This document shows, in pieces, positions 28,584-41,795 of a DNA stretch of 64,000 nt. Position numbers and translations under genes: made by a program. The notes under the pieces are model-generated. The model did not search any database. It worked only from the letters and a program-made list of their open reading frames with translations, and was not told where the DNA came from. This stretch comes from Lingula anatina (taxonomy: Eukaryota > Animalia > Brachiopoda), in contig CM120644.1 of assembly GCA_051362555.1 (NCBI GenBank), positions 13,972,567 to 14,036,566 of the forward strand, read 5' to 3'. How positions within the stretch are numbered: position 1 is the first letter of the stretch; every line of letters starts with the position of its first letter.

Positions 28584-30678
28584 ATGCCAGCAGTTATTAT
28601 CCCACCCTTAGTAGGTAAGCTCAGCAGGATAGCAATAGTTTATTCATTTCCCAATCCATTATAACTCATACATACCTCGATATAGAGAAGTGTAAACTTT
28701 TGACAACCATATTGTGTCTTGAAATGTTGGGACTGAAGTGAAAAGTATTGTTTTTACATGTACCACCATTCGTTCATGTTTTGTTGAGTGAGCCTTTTTT
28801 CGGGGAGCCATTTCAGATAGTTAACTTCGATCTGACTTTATCTCTTGTAGCAAGTTGCAGATGTATGAAAACCAAAAACCAAAATCAATTATCAAGTAAA
28901 GAGAAGCAGCACGTGATTTTTTCCTATGTCCTTAGCCGTTGTATTTCTATCGCAACATAACTAACATTGTAGATACCTATTTTAGGTACAATTTTCCCGA
29001 AAGGCACATGTAGATACCGTGCAGATAACTGGAACCAAGTCATGAGATTTATTGGACAGTATCGTTATCTTTCCAGGGTATACAGCCGACAACAGTACAA
29101 GCCTATTCAGAGCTTGTTCGAGTACGGCAGCGGTTGGAACTTCGCCACTGGCTTGTGGCGATAACACACGATGTGTTACGAACCCAGTGTTTTCCTTCAT
29201 AACAGGCTCCTCTCAGACCTGTCTCTGCCCGCTTACGTCCTATCCACAGGCGAATGGAACGTGCCAGATAAGTGAGTGGTTATTTTTATCGTGATTTTGA
29301 GTCGTAAAATACAATTCTATCTAATTTTGTGTGAAATTCACAAATATGTACCAGTATTCATGGGCGGATCCAGTATTATTCGAAGGGGGGTCCGCGGATA
29401 CTAGCAAAGGGTTCGAGGCCTGCTGAAGGGTCCCGGAAACTTTTGGCATTTCAGAGGCGAACGGCGCCATTTGGTACAGTTTAGAACTATGGCTCAGCTA
29501 GTCAAAATTCTTATTTCAGGTGGGGAATATTGGGGTGATTTTTTTCAGAAATCCCCCCCTGATTATTCTCATTACGACAGTGACTCAACGTAAAGAAACT
29601 AAGAACTTTGAAATAGGTTGTAGATCGTAGGTTTAGGCAAGGTAGACCTTGGTGACATAAGAGGATCGAGTTTACCTGATATCTATTTGCTACGTAAAGC
29701 CTAGGTCCCAACCGAACGTACGAGCTGCTACGTGTGGTCTACGGCCCAAAAAATGGGGAAAACTTGGGAGTTCGTGCGCGAGGAGCACGTCCATCGTGCG
29801 ACTTTTGGAGGACGCAAACAGCACGTGCCTTAAATGGTGCGACTGAAATGAAAAGTTTTGTTTCTTCAACGACCATTAAATCAATCAGTAGCTCATGTTT
29901 TGTTGAGTGAGCTTTTTTCTTGTGAAAAATCAAGCTGTGGCCCTGGTAGAGAGTACATTGTACGTCTTTAGATGACGTTTGCTTGGTCGTGTCGTCTACA
30001 CTGGAACGCCATGGAGTTGAAACCCTGTATTAAACAAGTCTTAATTCGGTCCTCAAACGAACATAAATTAAAGATTATCTTATCGCGACTATTCAAATAA
30101 GATTCCGGGTATGCATTCGTTATTCTGTATGCTAATTTTATGCCCTGAATCAATTTCAACATAATTTTAATTAAATCTTAAAAGATTTAATCTCGTGCAG
30201 TGTATCTTATATGTGCACACAATCAACGACAAAGAAAACGGGGCGCGTCGGAAAGAAAAACGGCGATCGGGAGATCTATTTTACGGTCAAAATGTATAAA
30301 CATGTCTGAGAAAACTCCGCGTCCAACGAATGTTCGCTTTTCTGTGAAATGTTAACACTGCCCCGTCTTTTCTATATTCCACTTTTTTTTTCTTTTCATG
30401 CTTTTATTGCATCTCTACTTATTAGTCAATTATTTTATAGATTATGAAAAACATGGCATTGTGATGGCGCGCAATTTGCTCTGCACATTTGCAAAACTTT
30501 GCGGAGTTTTACAGGTTTGCATTATTTCTTTGCAGTTGAGGGTTCGACCTGCCAGGCTGACTTAGACTGCAATACGAAGACATTTGACTGCGTTGGAATA
30601 AACGGGATGGGCTTGGACACTGCCTTATTGGACTTCCTGACGGTATGACAGCAGAGTTACAAACACAATGTACATAAT

Positions 30679-30710
<32 letters not shown>

Positions 30711-32376
30711 GTGGACAGACATAATCGAACAGCATCTAGCTATTTGTACAATTAAAACAAGACCACGTTTTATTTTGCCTTGTAAGGTGCGCGTGAAGAG
30801 TATTACGCGCTTCTTTGGTGACCACAAACATATCCTTTTTTACATTAATGTAGAGATAGATGTTGATCTCTTTGTAACGTACTGGATTATAATTGTCGTT
30901 CACTTTGGTCCGCACAAAATTGATAAGTTGGTCGAATTATGAGTCTTTATCCTTTACAATTCCTGGCACTGTTGTGAAAAATTATACTACTTGGTCTGTA
31001 CGCCTTCGCATATTCATAGTTGGGTTATCAGTCTTTAACATTTTCAATTTAGTCTGTAAACATGTTTTTAACCAAGAATCCAAGTTTTAACAAAGACTAA
31101 ACGGTTTTAGTAAGGGCAAATTTGCAAGTTGGTAAACAACGGGCGACAACTTTCTGTAAATAGGATTGGTAGACAATAAAGTGGGGATTGCTGCTTGATT
31201 TAAGGGTTTTTCGCTTTTTAAGGTGTGTGAGTTGGGAGGTGGGGGAGAAAGCCGCAGGGTAGGAAAAATTGAAATAATTAAATAACATTTAAATTCTTCT
31301 CGAAGGTCAGTGTTGAATTTCTCATTTGTCAATGACCGATTTGCTAAAAATGCTCTCTTCAAATCTGTGGCCGATTGATCTTCCTAAGTAACTTAACAGG
31401 AAGATCAGTAGCCTTAGAGCAAAGAAAGAAATACTGAAAGACTCGCAACACACCATCACCTTACAATTTAGCAGTTTATTATCAATACAGTCCACCTCAT
31501 TTGCCTATCTTTTATCCCTTATTAACACGTCGTACACAATCTACTTTGCCTTTTTCATTGTCAACAGAAGTTTCAATTACGCTCTTCTTCTTTCAGCCTA
31601 TCGTGTTGTTTCTGTGTCAGCTGACGGTGGAATACAACTTCCAAGTCCCGATTTGGGCGTGTACGGAAAGCCAGTGCAATCTCGTGGGGACTGGAACGCC
31701 GTCGATAATTCCCGTGACCGTGGCGGCGCCGACCAGACGAAAACGGGAAGGTACGAGTCACGATACTCGAGTACCCCGATAGTAAGGGTACGCTCACAGT
31801 GAAACTCTCGTACTAGGTAGTCCCAAGTACGTCTGCAGGAACTCTCGCTGAATGTAATCAGATTAAAAGATAAACACGCCACATTTTGTTTCCAAAGTAC
31901 TCGTATAATCACCAGGTTTTCCGTATTCTCTCAACACCAGGATTAATCTGATTGCATTCAACGACAGTTCCCGCGGAGTTAATACGAACTACCTGGAATG
32001 ATAGTTTCATTGTGAACGAACCCTAATACTATTTATCTTTGACAATGTCTTTAAGAGGGCTATATCGTACACAAAACGAATTTACCTCTTCCGATTTTCC
32101 GAATCGGTGTTACAATTGCCATTATAGGTGTTTGTATCTTTACGTATTTGTGGTACCAATATTTAACCTAGTAATAGTATTGTTTGATACAGATAGATTC
32201 ACTGAATGGAATTTTTTAATTGTCAATGACATGATCGACGAGCAATCTTAAACGAAATAGTGGACTTTGTTTTTTTTTCACAATCGAATGTAAACACTCG
32301 TACTGAGAACATATGTAGTAGGTGAGTAAAATACGTCATACTGCAAAAGGTTTTGTTGGACATTATTGAAAAGTGT

Positions 32377-32417
<41 letters not shown>

Positions 32418-32427
32418 AGAGCGTGTG

Positions 32428-32470
<43 letters not shown>

Positions 32471-32847
32471 AGGGGGGTGACAAACTATTTTCACCTCTTG
32501 TTTATATCCACTGTATATCCTGCATCCACCGGTAAAGCGTGTTCTTGCTGTCATAGCCACGCAGTCAGTGTGTTGTATCTTATCTTGCAGTCAGCGAACC
32601 CCTTGAAGCAGTTGTAGAAGACCTTGGAACCCGATTAATGGCGTCTCTATCTAGGAAAAAGAGAAGCGAAACCGAAAGTGCTGTCGGCTCGGAGTTCTCG
32701 TCCGTTGATGACACCAAATCGAGGCAAAAACGTGCACCGGCAACTGTGGCATGCTCACCCAATCTCCTTGTATGGGCTAATGTATTATCCTTTATCGTGG
32801 GAAGCCAGACAAGTCCGTTCCAGTTTAACTGTGGACTTCCACCATAA
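28584..32847 (+). CDS. Cys-rich precursor protein with multiple furin-type sites, paralog A (about 247 aa; 5' end uncertain)
   Basis: Exons 28584-28614, 29077-29271, 30536-30642, 31597-31750, 32591-32847; GT-AG, phases 1,1,0,1; frame open and conserved in the duplicate. Contains ACGDNTRC...CLCP...NGTC, GSTCQADLDC, then RRKR, RKKR, RQKR and ends APATVACSPNLLVWANVLSFIVGSQTSPFQFNCGLPP*. No convincing signal peptide found. Confidence 0.7.
32373..32467. repeat. (GT)n microsatellite
   Basis: Interrupted GT run; the equivalent site in duplication unit B (about 40523-40568) is (GA)n(GT)n. Confidence 0.9.
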
Positions 32848-33483
32848 AAAGTTTGAAAAGCCCAAATTGATGGCCGCCAGAACATCAAAGAAAGTTTTAA
32901 AAAAATGCAGTAAAATCCAGGTTCAAGTCTATCGATTGGTCCAGCTTTTTTGATATGTTTGTCTTGCTGGCAGGAAAGTTAATATTTTATGTCACACTTG
33001 CAATCAGGCAGGAAAATTTTAATTTTAAGTAAAATAAAACTGAATAAAAAAAGAAAAGAAAACGCAGGCATTCTTGTCCCTGAGCTCGACTCTTCTTCTT
33101 AACTTTGTACCTTTTCGCTGATTTAAAAAAGTTCGTTATCCGGACCGTTTCAGGGTCTTGTGGTGTGGGTGTGGGTGTCTTTTCCTTCTAGGGCCGTCAC
33201 GTATCGTAGAACTCGACGCTGATCCAGGGTCGCAGTGTTGGTGACCTTGACGCTGAAAGAGACCCTTGACACCAAAACCCATCCAAAAGATTGCAATAAG
33301 GACACAGCGAAAATGTGCAAATGAGGAAATGTTATTTTTATGTTAAGCCGCAAATAATGTTAACAAGACAAACAAAGTCGCGTGAATAATAAAAGATGGG
33401 TAATTTCTTAAGTAATTGTTCTATGTGTATGTAAAGTCTTCTGAACATGTAATTTTGGAATTTAGACTCAAAATAAATTTATT

Positions 33484-33790
33484 TTTACCTGTGCCAAGGA
33501 GGTTATGTTTTGAGGTTGTGTTTGTTTGTCTGTCTGTTTGTCAGCAACATAAATCAAAAAGATATGGGTGAATTTTGATGGTATTTTCAGTGTAGGTTAG
33601 AAATGGGTTAATTAAGAAGTGATTAGTTTTTGGCGGTGATCTGGATCAATGATCAATCAATAATCAAAAATAAAAAATAATAAAAAACTAAGTTATGGAC
33701 CGATTTTGATGAAATATTACGGAACTGTCGGAAGTGGGCCTAGGAACAGATGATTAATTTTTGGTGGTGATCCGGATCAATAATCAATCA
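33484..33790 (+). mobile_element. Partial Helentron-associated (HINE/DINE-1-like) element between the duplication units
   Basis: ttacctgtgccaaggaggttatgtttt, a GTCT/GTTT microsatellite and two core repeats (ttttgatgaaat...ggtggtgatccggatcaataatcaa) match 41509-41795. Confidence 0.7.
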
Positions 33791-36316
33791 ATAATGTACA
33801 GTACATGCAATTTTAGTTTTAGCCATAATAATTGTGATTGGAAATGCAAAATAATTTTTTAACCAACACAAAAACCCAAAATAATTCCTTATCAGCAATA
33901 TATGATAGAAAGAGACACAATTTTTCTGCATGTGCATGTGAAGTGTGTGTGCTTGCACGTACATGTGAAGTGTGTGCACGTGCACGTGCCATAAAAGAAA
34001 TGTTCCAGTACGCTCATTTTCTTTCGAAAATACAGAAAAATGATGAGCATTAACATTTTCAGCTATTATCAATGTTATTTCTATTACGAAATAAATCATT
34101 TAACATTCATTATTATTGTAATAAGACTGAACGTGAATTCCAAGGAAGTTTATAAAGGATATACAGTGATACCTTTAGTAAATAGATTTATAAATATTGA
34201 TCAAAATTAAGTCATATTCTTGTTAAATTTGGCCTCGGCCTATGGCCGCGGCAAGTAGATGGTACAAAATAAATGCAGGGGATTTATTTTGCGGTATGAA
34301 ATCATTTTCAGAATGAACCAGTAGCAAGAAAACAGCTATAATTGTCATCATCATGTGCATTATATTGTTAAAAATTGGCCCTGCCTTTTAAAAGTGCGGT
34401 GGTTGTTTTTTTTCTTGACATTAGGTAATGTAACGCTTTGAATAAAATATCGAAGACAAAAGATTGCTAGTCACGAGTTGGTCAGACATATATCAAGCTG
34501 ACAAAAGCGATTAGCATGTTAAGGATAAGGAATATTCACATCTATATGCTGATTGAATTGTGATAAATATAGAGCACATTCTTGGTAGACAGTAATAAAG
34601 GACTATCTCCGAACTGCAATTAGCATTAACAAAATGTTTCCTGAACTGGAAAATATGATAAAAATATCAAACAAAATCTACGTAGTTTTAGTTTTATTCT
34701 TCCTGCAACCCGACTCATTAAATGTTCGCGGCTTAATGGCCACACTTAAATTAAGCAACATTACTGTGAGTATATTTCGTCCACTATTTTACTGGATAAT
34801 GGTGTCGATCCTTTTAGAATTAAAGGGATAGTGACTGTTCGTTTTGGTAAAAATATACTTACTTGGAGTAAATAACCATTTTACCACACTTACCGATGGT
34901 TAATATGAATCCATTCCGACATTCAAAGTTAGTCCATGCACATTTTTTTTCTAAAAAAGTTTTTTTAAAATAATAACCTCTTGAGAGAATATCACGGAGG
35001 AATAACCACCTGTGAAGGTGCATGTCGCCCGCATAACAGTTCCCGAAACAATATACCAGAAAAATATTTTATTTCATTTTTGCCACTTTTAATTAATTTA
35101 TTTATTATTGTGGGTAATGGTTTAATAATTTATTGATTCATGCTTATAACAGTAAGAATGATTTTCCTCAGTGTTGATCACCGACATTACAGGGATAACA
35201 ACTGTTAGTATGAGATTCACATTCACAATAAATACAACTCGTTAACAACTCATACAATTATAATAAATTCCATTTTACCCCCAAACACTTACAATTATTC
35301 TGGAATCTGTGCTTACGATTGCCAAGCGTACGCCCTTGGAATACAAGAATATATCTCGGAGCCCGTCTTAATATACTGTAAGATATCTGTAAAATTGTTT
35401 CGAGTAAATATACTGACAAACACTGACTTGCTGATACAATGTTTCTACGATGAACTAAGAACGAAATGGAATTTATTAAAAACAATTTTGAAGGAGCTCA
35501 AGATGTGCATTATATTGATGGAAATTGATCGTACTTTTTTAAAAGTGAGATGACTGTTTTTTCATTTATTTAGTTATTCATTACAATTCTAATTGGAATT
35601 CCCTTTAAGGTGGTATCGCTGTCTTTTTTTAATCAATGACACTGGAATTCATTGAGATTTGGACGATGGTTCCTCTTTACATTAGGTAATGTAACGCTTT
35701 GATTAAAATACCGAAGACAAAAGATTGCTAGTCACGAGTTAATCAGACATATATCAAGCGGTTTATTACTTACATTACCATGGTCAAGGAGCATAATGCA
35801 AATGATAAGGAGCCTTCATACACGTATCTAGATGCAGATTGATTCGTGATGAACATAGAGCTTAGTTTTGGAAATAATTAAGGGCAATTTCCAAACTGCA
35901 ATTGGCTTAATTATTAAAAGTCCAGGATCCCCTGTGCATTTACTGCAATTATGCAGACATTGTAGCCAAATAAAGGGAAACTTACTAGTCGGGAGAGCCG
36001 TGCCAGCGGTTTGCTACTTAAACGAGCACTTCTCTGCTCAGACGTACAGGAAACGTTTTACGACTCGAAGAGAAAAAGACGTAAAAATTACTCTAGCCGT
36101 TTACTCGCCAGGGGAGGTAAGCGCAGGTAAATACAAGAGTATTTTGACAAATCACCAGATTACACGTACTGTAGAAAGATATGAATTTACCAAAACAGTG
36201 ATGGCTTTAGTACCGTTTAGTTTTCGATTTGTTGACGGACTTTTTTTACACGCAACGTAAGTTATTATTTTTTTATTTCTTTTTATTATTGTCAGATCAG
36301 GATTCTACGGTGAGGC

Positions 36317-37757
36317 ATGGCTTTGACAACTATTCCACCCTTTGTAGGTAAGTTCAGCGGGGTAGCAAAAAGTTATTATTTCTACAATCCATCATTACTC
36401 GTACATAATTCCATATAGAGAGGTGTGAACTATTGACAACCATATTAATTGTGTCTTGAAATGGTGGGACTGTAATGAAAAGATTTGTTTCTACAACGAC
36501 CATTAAATGAATCAGTAGTTCGTTTTGTTGAGTGAGCTTTTTTCGTGGAGACATCTTATAGGGTCGACTTTGATCTGACTTTATCTCTTGTAGCAAGTTG
36601 CAGATGTTAATTATGAAAACCGAAAGTAATCTATTGTCACGTAAACAGAATATGTGCAGCACTTGGTTTTTGGTATCCTAAACCGTTGTATTTTTATCTA
36701 AATATAACTAAGGGACCATTCCCATAACCTTATCGTACTAGCTGGATCGATCTAACTATTCGGGGATTCTCGCTAGATTGCATTCAGTTTAAGCGGCTTA
36801 AATGTCTGGCACGTCCCCTCGAAACTTAGAGTACTTTGGTACAGTCGGGAAAACCTTTTTGGTCCACGATGTTTTGATGTTTTTCATATTGCTTTGTGAG
36901 GGGGTGGGGTTCTGCGCCTTGGCGAGAAACCCCCCTGAGATAGATCGATTCTGCTAGTACGATCAGGTTATGGAAACGCAGTCTAATAATGCAAATGCAA
37001 TTTTCAAAAAAGGGACATGTTGAACCGTGCAGAGAATTGGAACCAAGCCATGGGATTTATTGGACAGTATCGTTATCTTTCCAGGGTTTATAGGCGATAC
37101 CAGTACAAGCCTATTCAGTGCTTGTTCGAGTACGGAAACGGTTGCAAGTGGAAATGCGCCATTGTCTTGTGGAGATAGCACACGATGTATTACGAACCCA
37201 GTGTTTTCGTTCATAACCGGCTCCAGTCAGACCTGTCTCTGTCCGCTTACGTCCTATCCACAGGCGAATGGAACGTGCCAGAGCAGTGAGTGTTCCTTTT
37301 TGTCGTGATCTTGAGTCGTAAGATACATTTCTATCTAATTTTGTGTGAAATTCACTAATATGTACCAGTTTTCATGGGCGGATCCAGTATTATTCGAAGG
37401 GGGGTCCGCGGATAATAGCAAAGGGCTCAAGGCCTGCTGAAGGGTCCCAGGATATTTTGGTATTTTAGAGGGCGAACGGTGCCATTTGGTACGGTTTAAA
37501 ACTATGATTCAGCTAGTCAAAACTCTAATTTCAGGTGGGGAATATTGGGGTGATTTTTTTTTTCAGAAATCCGCCCCTGATTATTCTCATCACGAGAGTG
37601 ACTCAACATAAAGAAACTAAGAACTCTAAAATAGGTTGTAGTTCGTAGGTTTAGGCAAAGTAGACCTTGGTGTTTTAAGAGGGGTTCACCTGATATCTAT
37701 TTAGTACGTAAAGTCTAGGCCCCAACCGAACGTATGGTCTGCTACGTGTGGTCTACG

Positions 37758-37811
<54 letters not shown>

Positions 37812-38343
37812 GGAAAACGTGGGAGTTCGTGCGCGAGAAGCGTGCGACTTTTTGAGGACGCAAACAGCACGTAGAAACTTTTCACCAATTACTTGATTCC
37901 TTCTCTGCGATCTAGCTACGTCCTAGCGGTGATCGGGAGATCTATTTTACGGTCAAAAAGTATAAACATGTATGAAAAAACTCCGCGTCCAACAAATGTT
38001 CGCCTTTCTGTGAAATGTTAACACTGCTGCTTCTTTTCTATATTCCACATTTTTTTCCTCTGATGCTTTTATTGCATCTCGGTCTACTTATTTGTCGATA
38101 ATTTTATAGATTATGAAAAACATGGCATTGTGATGGCGCACAATTTTCTCTGCACATTTGCAAAACTTTGCGGAGTTTTACAGGTTTCATATCTTTGTAG
38201 TTTCCGGTTCGACCTGTCAGACTGAGTTAGACTGCAATAAGAAGACATTTGACTGCGTTGGAATAAACGGGATGGGCTTGGACACTGCCTTATTGGACTT
38301 CCTGACGGTATGGCAGCAGAGTTACAAACACAATGTACACAAT

Positions 38344-38379
<36 letters not shown>

Positions 38380-40958
38380 TCACACGTGGACAGACATAAT
38401 CGAACAGCGCTTAGCTATTTGCAATTAAAACACAAACACGTTTTATTTTGCCTTGTAAGGTGCGCGAGCAGAGTATTAAGTGCTTCTTAGGAGACCACAA
38501 ACATCACTTTTTTACATAAATGTAGAGGTAGATATTGATCTCTGGATTATAATATTAACGCACTGGATTATAATAATAAGTCACTTTAGTCCGCACAAAA
38601 TTGATAAGTTGGTCGGATTTTGAGTCTTTATCATTTACAATCCCTTAGCACTGTTGTGAAAATATCTAATACTTAGTTTCTACGCCTTTGCATATGCATA
38701 GTTGGGTTATCAGTCTTTAATATTTTTCATTTAGTCTGTAAACGTATTTTGAACCTAGGATCTAAGTTTTAACAAAGACTAAACGGTTCTAATAAGGGCA
38801 AATTGACACTTTTGTGAAACATAGGGCGAAAACTTTTTGTAAATAGGATTGGTAAACAATGTTACGGGGATAGCTGCTTGATATATGGGTTGTTCGCTTT
38901 TTAAGGAGTGTTAAGTGGGGGTGGGGAAATGGGGGGAGGATGGGGTTAGTGAAATCCACATGGTTAGAAAAAATGAAGCATTTAGATGAAATTAAATTTT
39001 TTTTCGTAGGTCAGTTTTGAATTTCTCAATTGTCAATGACCGATATGCTTTCTATTAAAACGCTCTTTTCAAATCTGTGGCTGATCGAGCTCCCTAAGCA
39101 ACTTGGCAGGAAATTCAGTAGCCGTAGAGAAGATCAGTAGCCTTACAGCAGAGGAATAAATAAAATATAGACTCGCAACATACCATCTTACCGTTCAGCA
39201 ATTTATTATCAACACATACTCCATCTCCTTTGCCTACCTTTTATCCATTATTAAAACGTTCTAATACACAATCTACTTTGCATTTTTCACCGTCAACACA
39301 GGTTTCAAATTCTCTATTCTACTTTCAGCCTATCGTTTTGTTTCTGTGTCAGCTGACGATGGAATACAACTTCCAAGTCCCGATTTGGGCGTGTACGGAA
39401 AGCCAGTGCAATCTCGTGGGGACTGGAACGCCGTCGATAATTCCTGTGGCCGTGGCGGTGCCTCAGAGACGAAAACGGGAAGGTACGAGTCACGGTACTC
39501 GAGTACACTAAGACTGGGCTCCCATAGCTAGATCGATCCATCTGGATCGGTCTAAATCTCTGGGGAGTGTCACTAAATTGCTATTACTTTAACCAACTTA
39601 AATGTCCTTCATGCGTACCGAATCAGCTAGGGGGTAAAGATAGTTACCCCCTAACAGCTTTCTCAATCTAGTGAGACTCCTTAGGGAGAAATATCGATCC
39701 AAATATCTGTGGGGATGGTCCCTAAGGGTCCATTCCCATATCCTAACGTTCTAACTACATGTGGATCGAGCTGTCTCTGAGGATGTCTGACACGCCTACT
39801 GAAGCTTCTAGGGGGGTAATTTATCATCGCACAGCTAAGCCGCTTAAGCTGAGAGCAATTTAGCGAGAAACCCCACAGAGATAGATCGATCCTGTTAGAT
39901 CGATCTAGGTATGGGTACCCAGTCTGATGGTGCGGGTGCGTTCACAATGAAACTATCATACTAAGTAGTCCCAACTCACTCTGCCGGAACTCTCGCTGAA
40001 TGCAATCCGATTAACAGATAAACACGCCACCTTTTGTTTTCAACGTACTCGTATAATCACCAGGTTTTCCGTATTCTCTCAACACCAGGAAGGGGTGTGT
40101 TCATCTATTAATCTGATTGCATTCAACGAGAGTTAGCGCGGAGTTAATACGAACCACCTCGCACGATTGTTTCATTATAAACGAACCCAAGACTACTTAT
40201 CTTTAATAATGTCTTTAAATGGGCCATAACATACACAGAATGAAATTACCTGTTCCGATTCTACGAATTGGTGTTACAATTGGTGTTGGTAATTTACGTA
40301 TTTGTGCTACCAGTATTTAACCTAGTATTAAATATTACAGATAAATTCACTAAAATTTTAATGGCGTTGTTATATTATCAATGACATGATCGATAAACAA
40401 ACTTAAGTTCACAAGTGAATTTTTTTTTTTCACAATCGAACAAAACATTCGCTTTGAGAGCACATGCAGTAGTGGGTCAAATACGTCATACTGCAGAAAG
40501 TTTTGTTGGAGATAATGGGAAAGTGTGTGTATATGAGAGAGAGAGAGAGAGAGAGAGAGTGTGTGTGTTGGGGGGGGGGGGGTGACAAACTATTCTGTAT
40601 ATCCTGCATCCACCGGTAAAGCGTGTTCTTGCTGTCATAGCCACGCAGTCAGTGTGTTGTATCTTATCTTGCAGTCAACGAACCACCTGAAGCAGTTGTG
40701 GAAGACCTCGGAGCCCGAATTATGGCATCTCTATCTAGGAAAACGAGAAGCGAAACCGAAAGTGCCGTTGGCTCGGAGTTCTCGTCCGTTGATGAGACCA
40801 AATCGAGGCAAAAGCGTGCACCGGCAACTGTGGCATGCTCACTCAATCTCTCTTTATGGTCTAATGTGTTATCCTTTTTCTTGGGAAGCCAGACAAGTCC
40901 GTTCCAGTTTAACTGTGGGCCTCTGGTTCAGGCAGGATGGCAGCCAGGATGGGCTTAA
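36317..40958 (+). CDS. Cys-rich precursor protein with multiple furin-type sites, paralog B (about 258 aa; 5' end uncertain)
   Basis: Exons 36317-36347, 37085-37285, 38201-38307, 39329-39482, 40675-40958; same phases as paralog A, open frame, in-frame 6-nt indel in exon 2. RRKR, RKTR, RQKR; ends APATVACSLNLSLWSNVLSFFLGSQTSPFQFNCGPLVQAGWQPGWA*. Confidence 0.7.
36712..36983. mobile_element. MITE (PIF/Harbinger-Tourist-like, TAA TSD), GATCGATC family
   Basis: Imperfect inverted ends (gggaccattcccataaccttatcgtactag...ctagtacgatcaggttatggaaacgcagtc); TAA on both sides; absent at the homologous site in unit A (aacataactaacattg, about 28955-28970). Confidence 0.8.
39512..39924. mobile_element. Two abutting GATCGATC-family MITEs in inverted arrangement
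   Basis: gactgggctcccatagctagatcgatc...gggatggtccc, then TAA, then gggtccattcccata...gatcgatctaggtatgggtacccagtc; absent at the equivalent position in unit A (about 31775). Confidence 0.75.
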
Positions 40959-41508
40959 CAAGCATGATATTGTAATAAAATACGGGTAAATCAAGCCTAT
41001 TGATCGGCCCAGCTTATTTGATATAATATGTTTGTCTTGCTGGCAGGAAAGTTGATATTTTATGTCATGCTTGCAATCAAGCAGGATAACGATAGCAGGT
41101 TCCTTTTAATTTAGAAGAAAAGGTTTTGCACATATTCCGGTGGAAGTATATCATTTTAAATAAGAAATATTTTATTGTCAAATTATTGATTGTAATGATC
41201 TATGTATTTATTAAAAAATACTTCGTGTAAATAAGTCATGGCATATGGGTCGGATCATAAGTGTTGGTTTATTATAACACGATCATATTGTGGCAAGAAT
41301 AAGGGGGTTCCAGGAACCCCAGTTCGTTTCTTATTACTTTATACAGGTGATATTCGCCCCCTCCCCCTCCAAACTCAACCCTTTACTTTAGGCTGACCCT
41401 ACCTGTACTCTAATCATATGGGACTCCGAACTCCGTCTCAAATGAATTACAATTTTTGTCATTCCGGGCTCCACAAAAACAGTGCAACAACAATGTCCGT
41501 TGTATTAG

Positions 41509-41795
41509 TTACCTCCGCCAAGGAGGTTATGTTTTCACCCCTGTTTGTTTGTCTGTCTGTCTTTCTGTCTGTCTGTCATCAACATAACTCAAAAAGTTAT
41601 GGACCAATTTTGATGAAATTTTCAGGAACTGTCAGAAGTGGGCCAAGGAACAGATGATTGTTTTTTGGTGGTGATCCGGATCAATAATCAAAAATAAAAA
41701 ACTAAATCATTATAGAATGAAAATTTAGGGGTGAAACGGCACGGAGACTTTGCTGCCTTGGCGGAGGTCTGCACTCTCGGAGTGCTTTTCTAGTT
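41509..41795 (+). mobile_element. Helentron-associated non-autonomous element (HINE/DINE-1-like)
   Basis: 5' subterminal repeat acctccgccaagg and its 3' inverse ccttggcggaggt; internal (GTCT)n; 3' hairpin gcactctcggagtgc; terminal CTAGTT. Confidence 0.8.

Noticed and set aside
32678-32953. Alternative-frame ORF LSARSSRPLMTPNRGK... and its counterpart at 40561-40989
   Set aside because: Out of phase with the upstream exon and interrupted by stops in copy A; the frame containing the furin sites is open in both copies.
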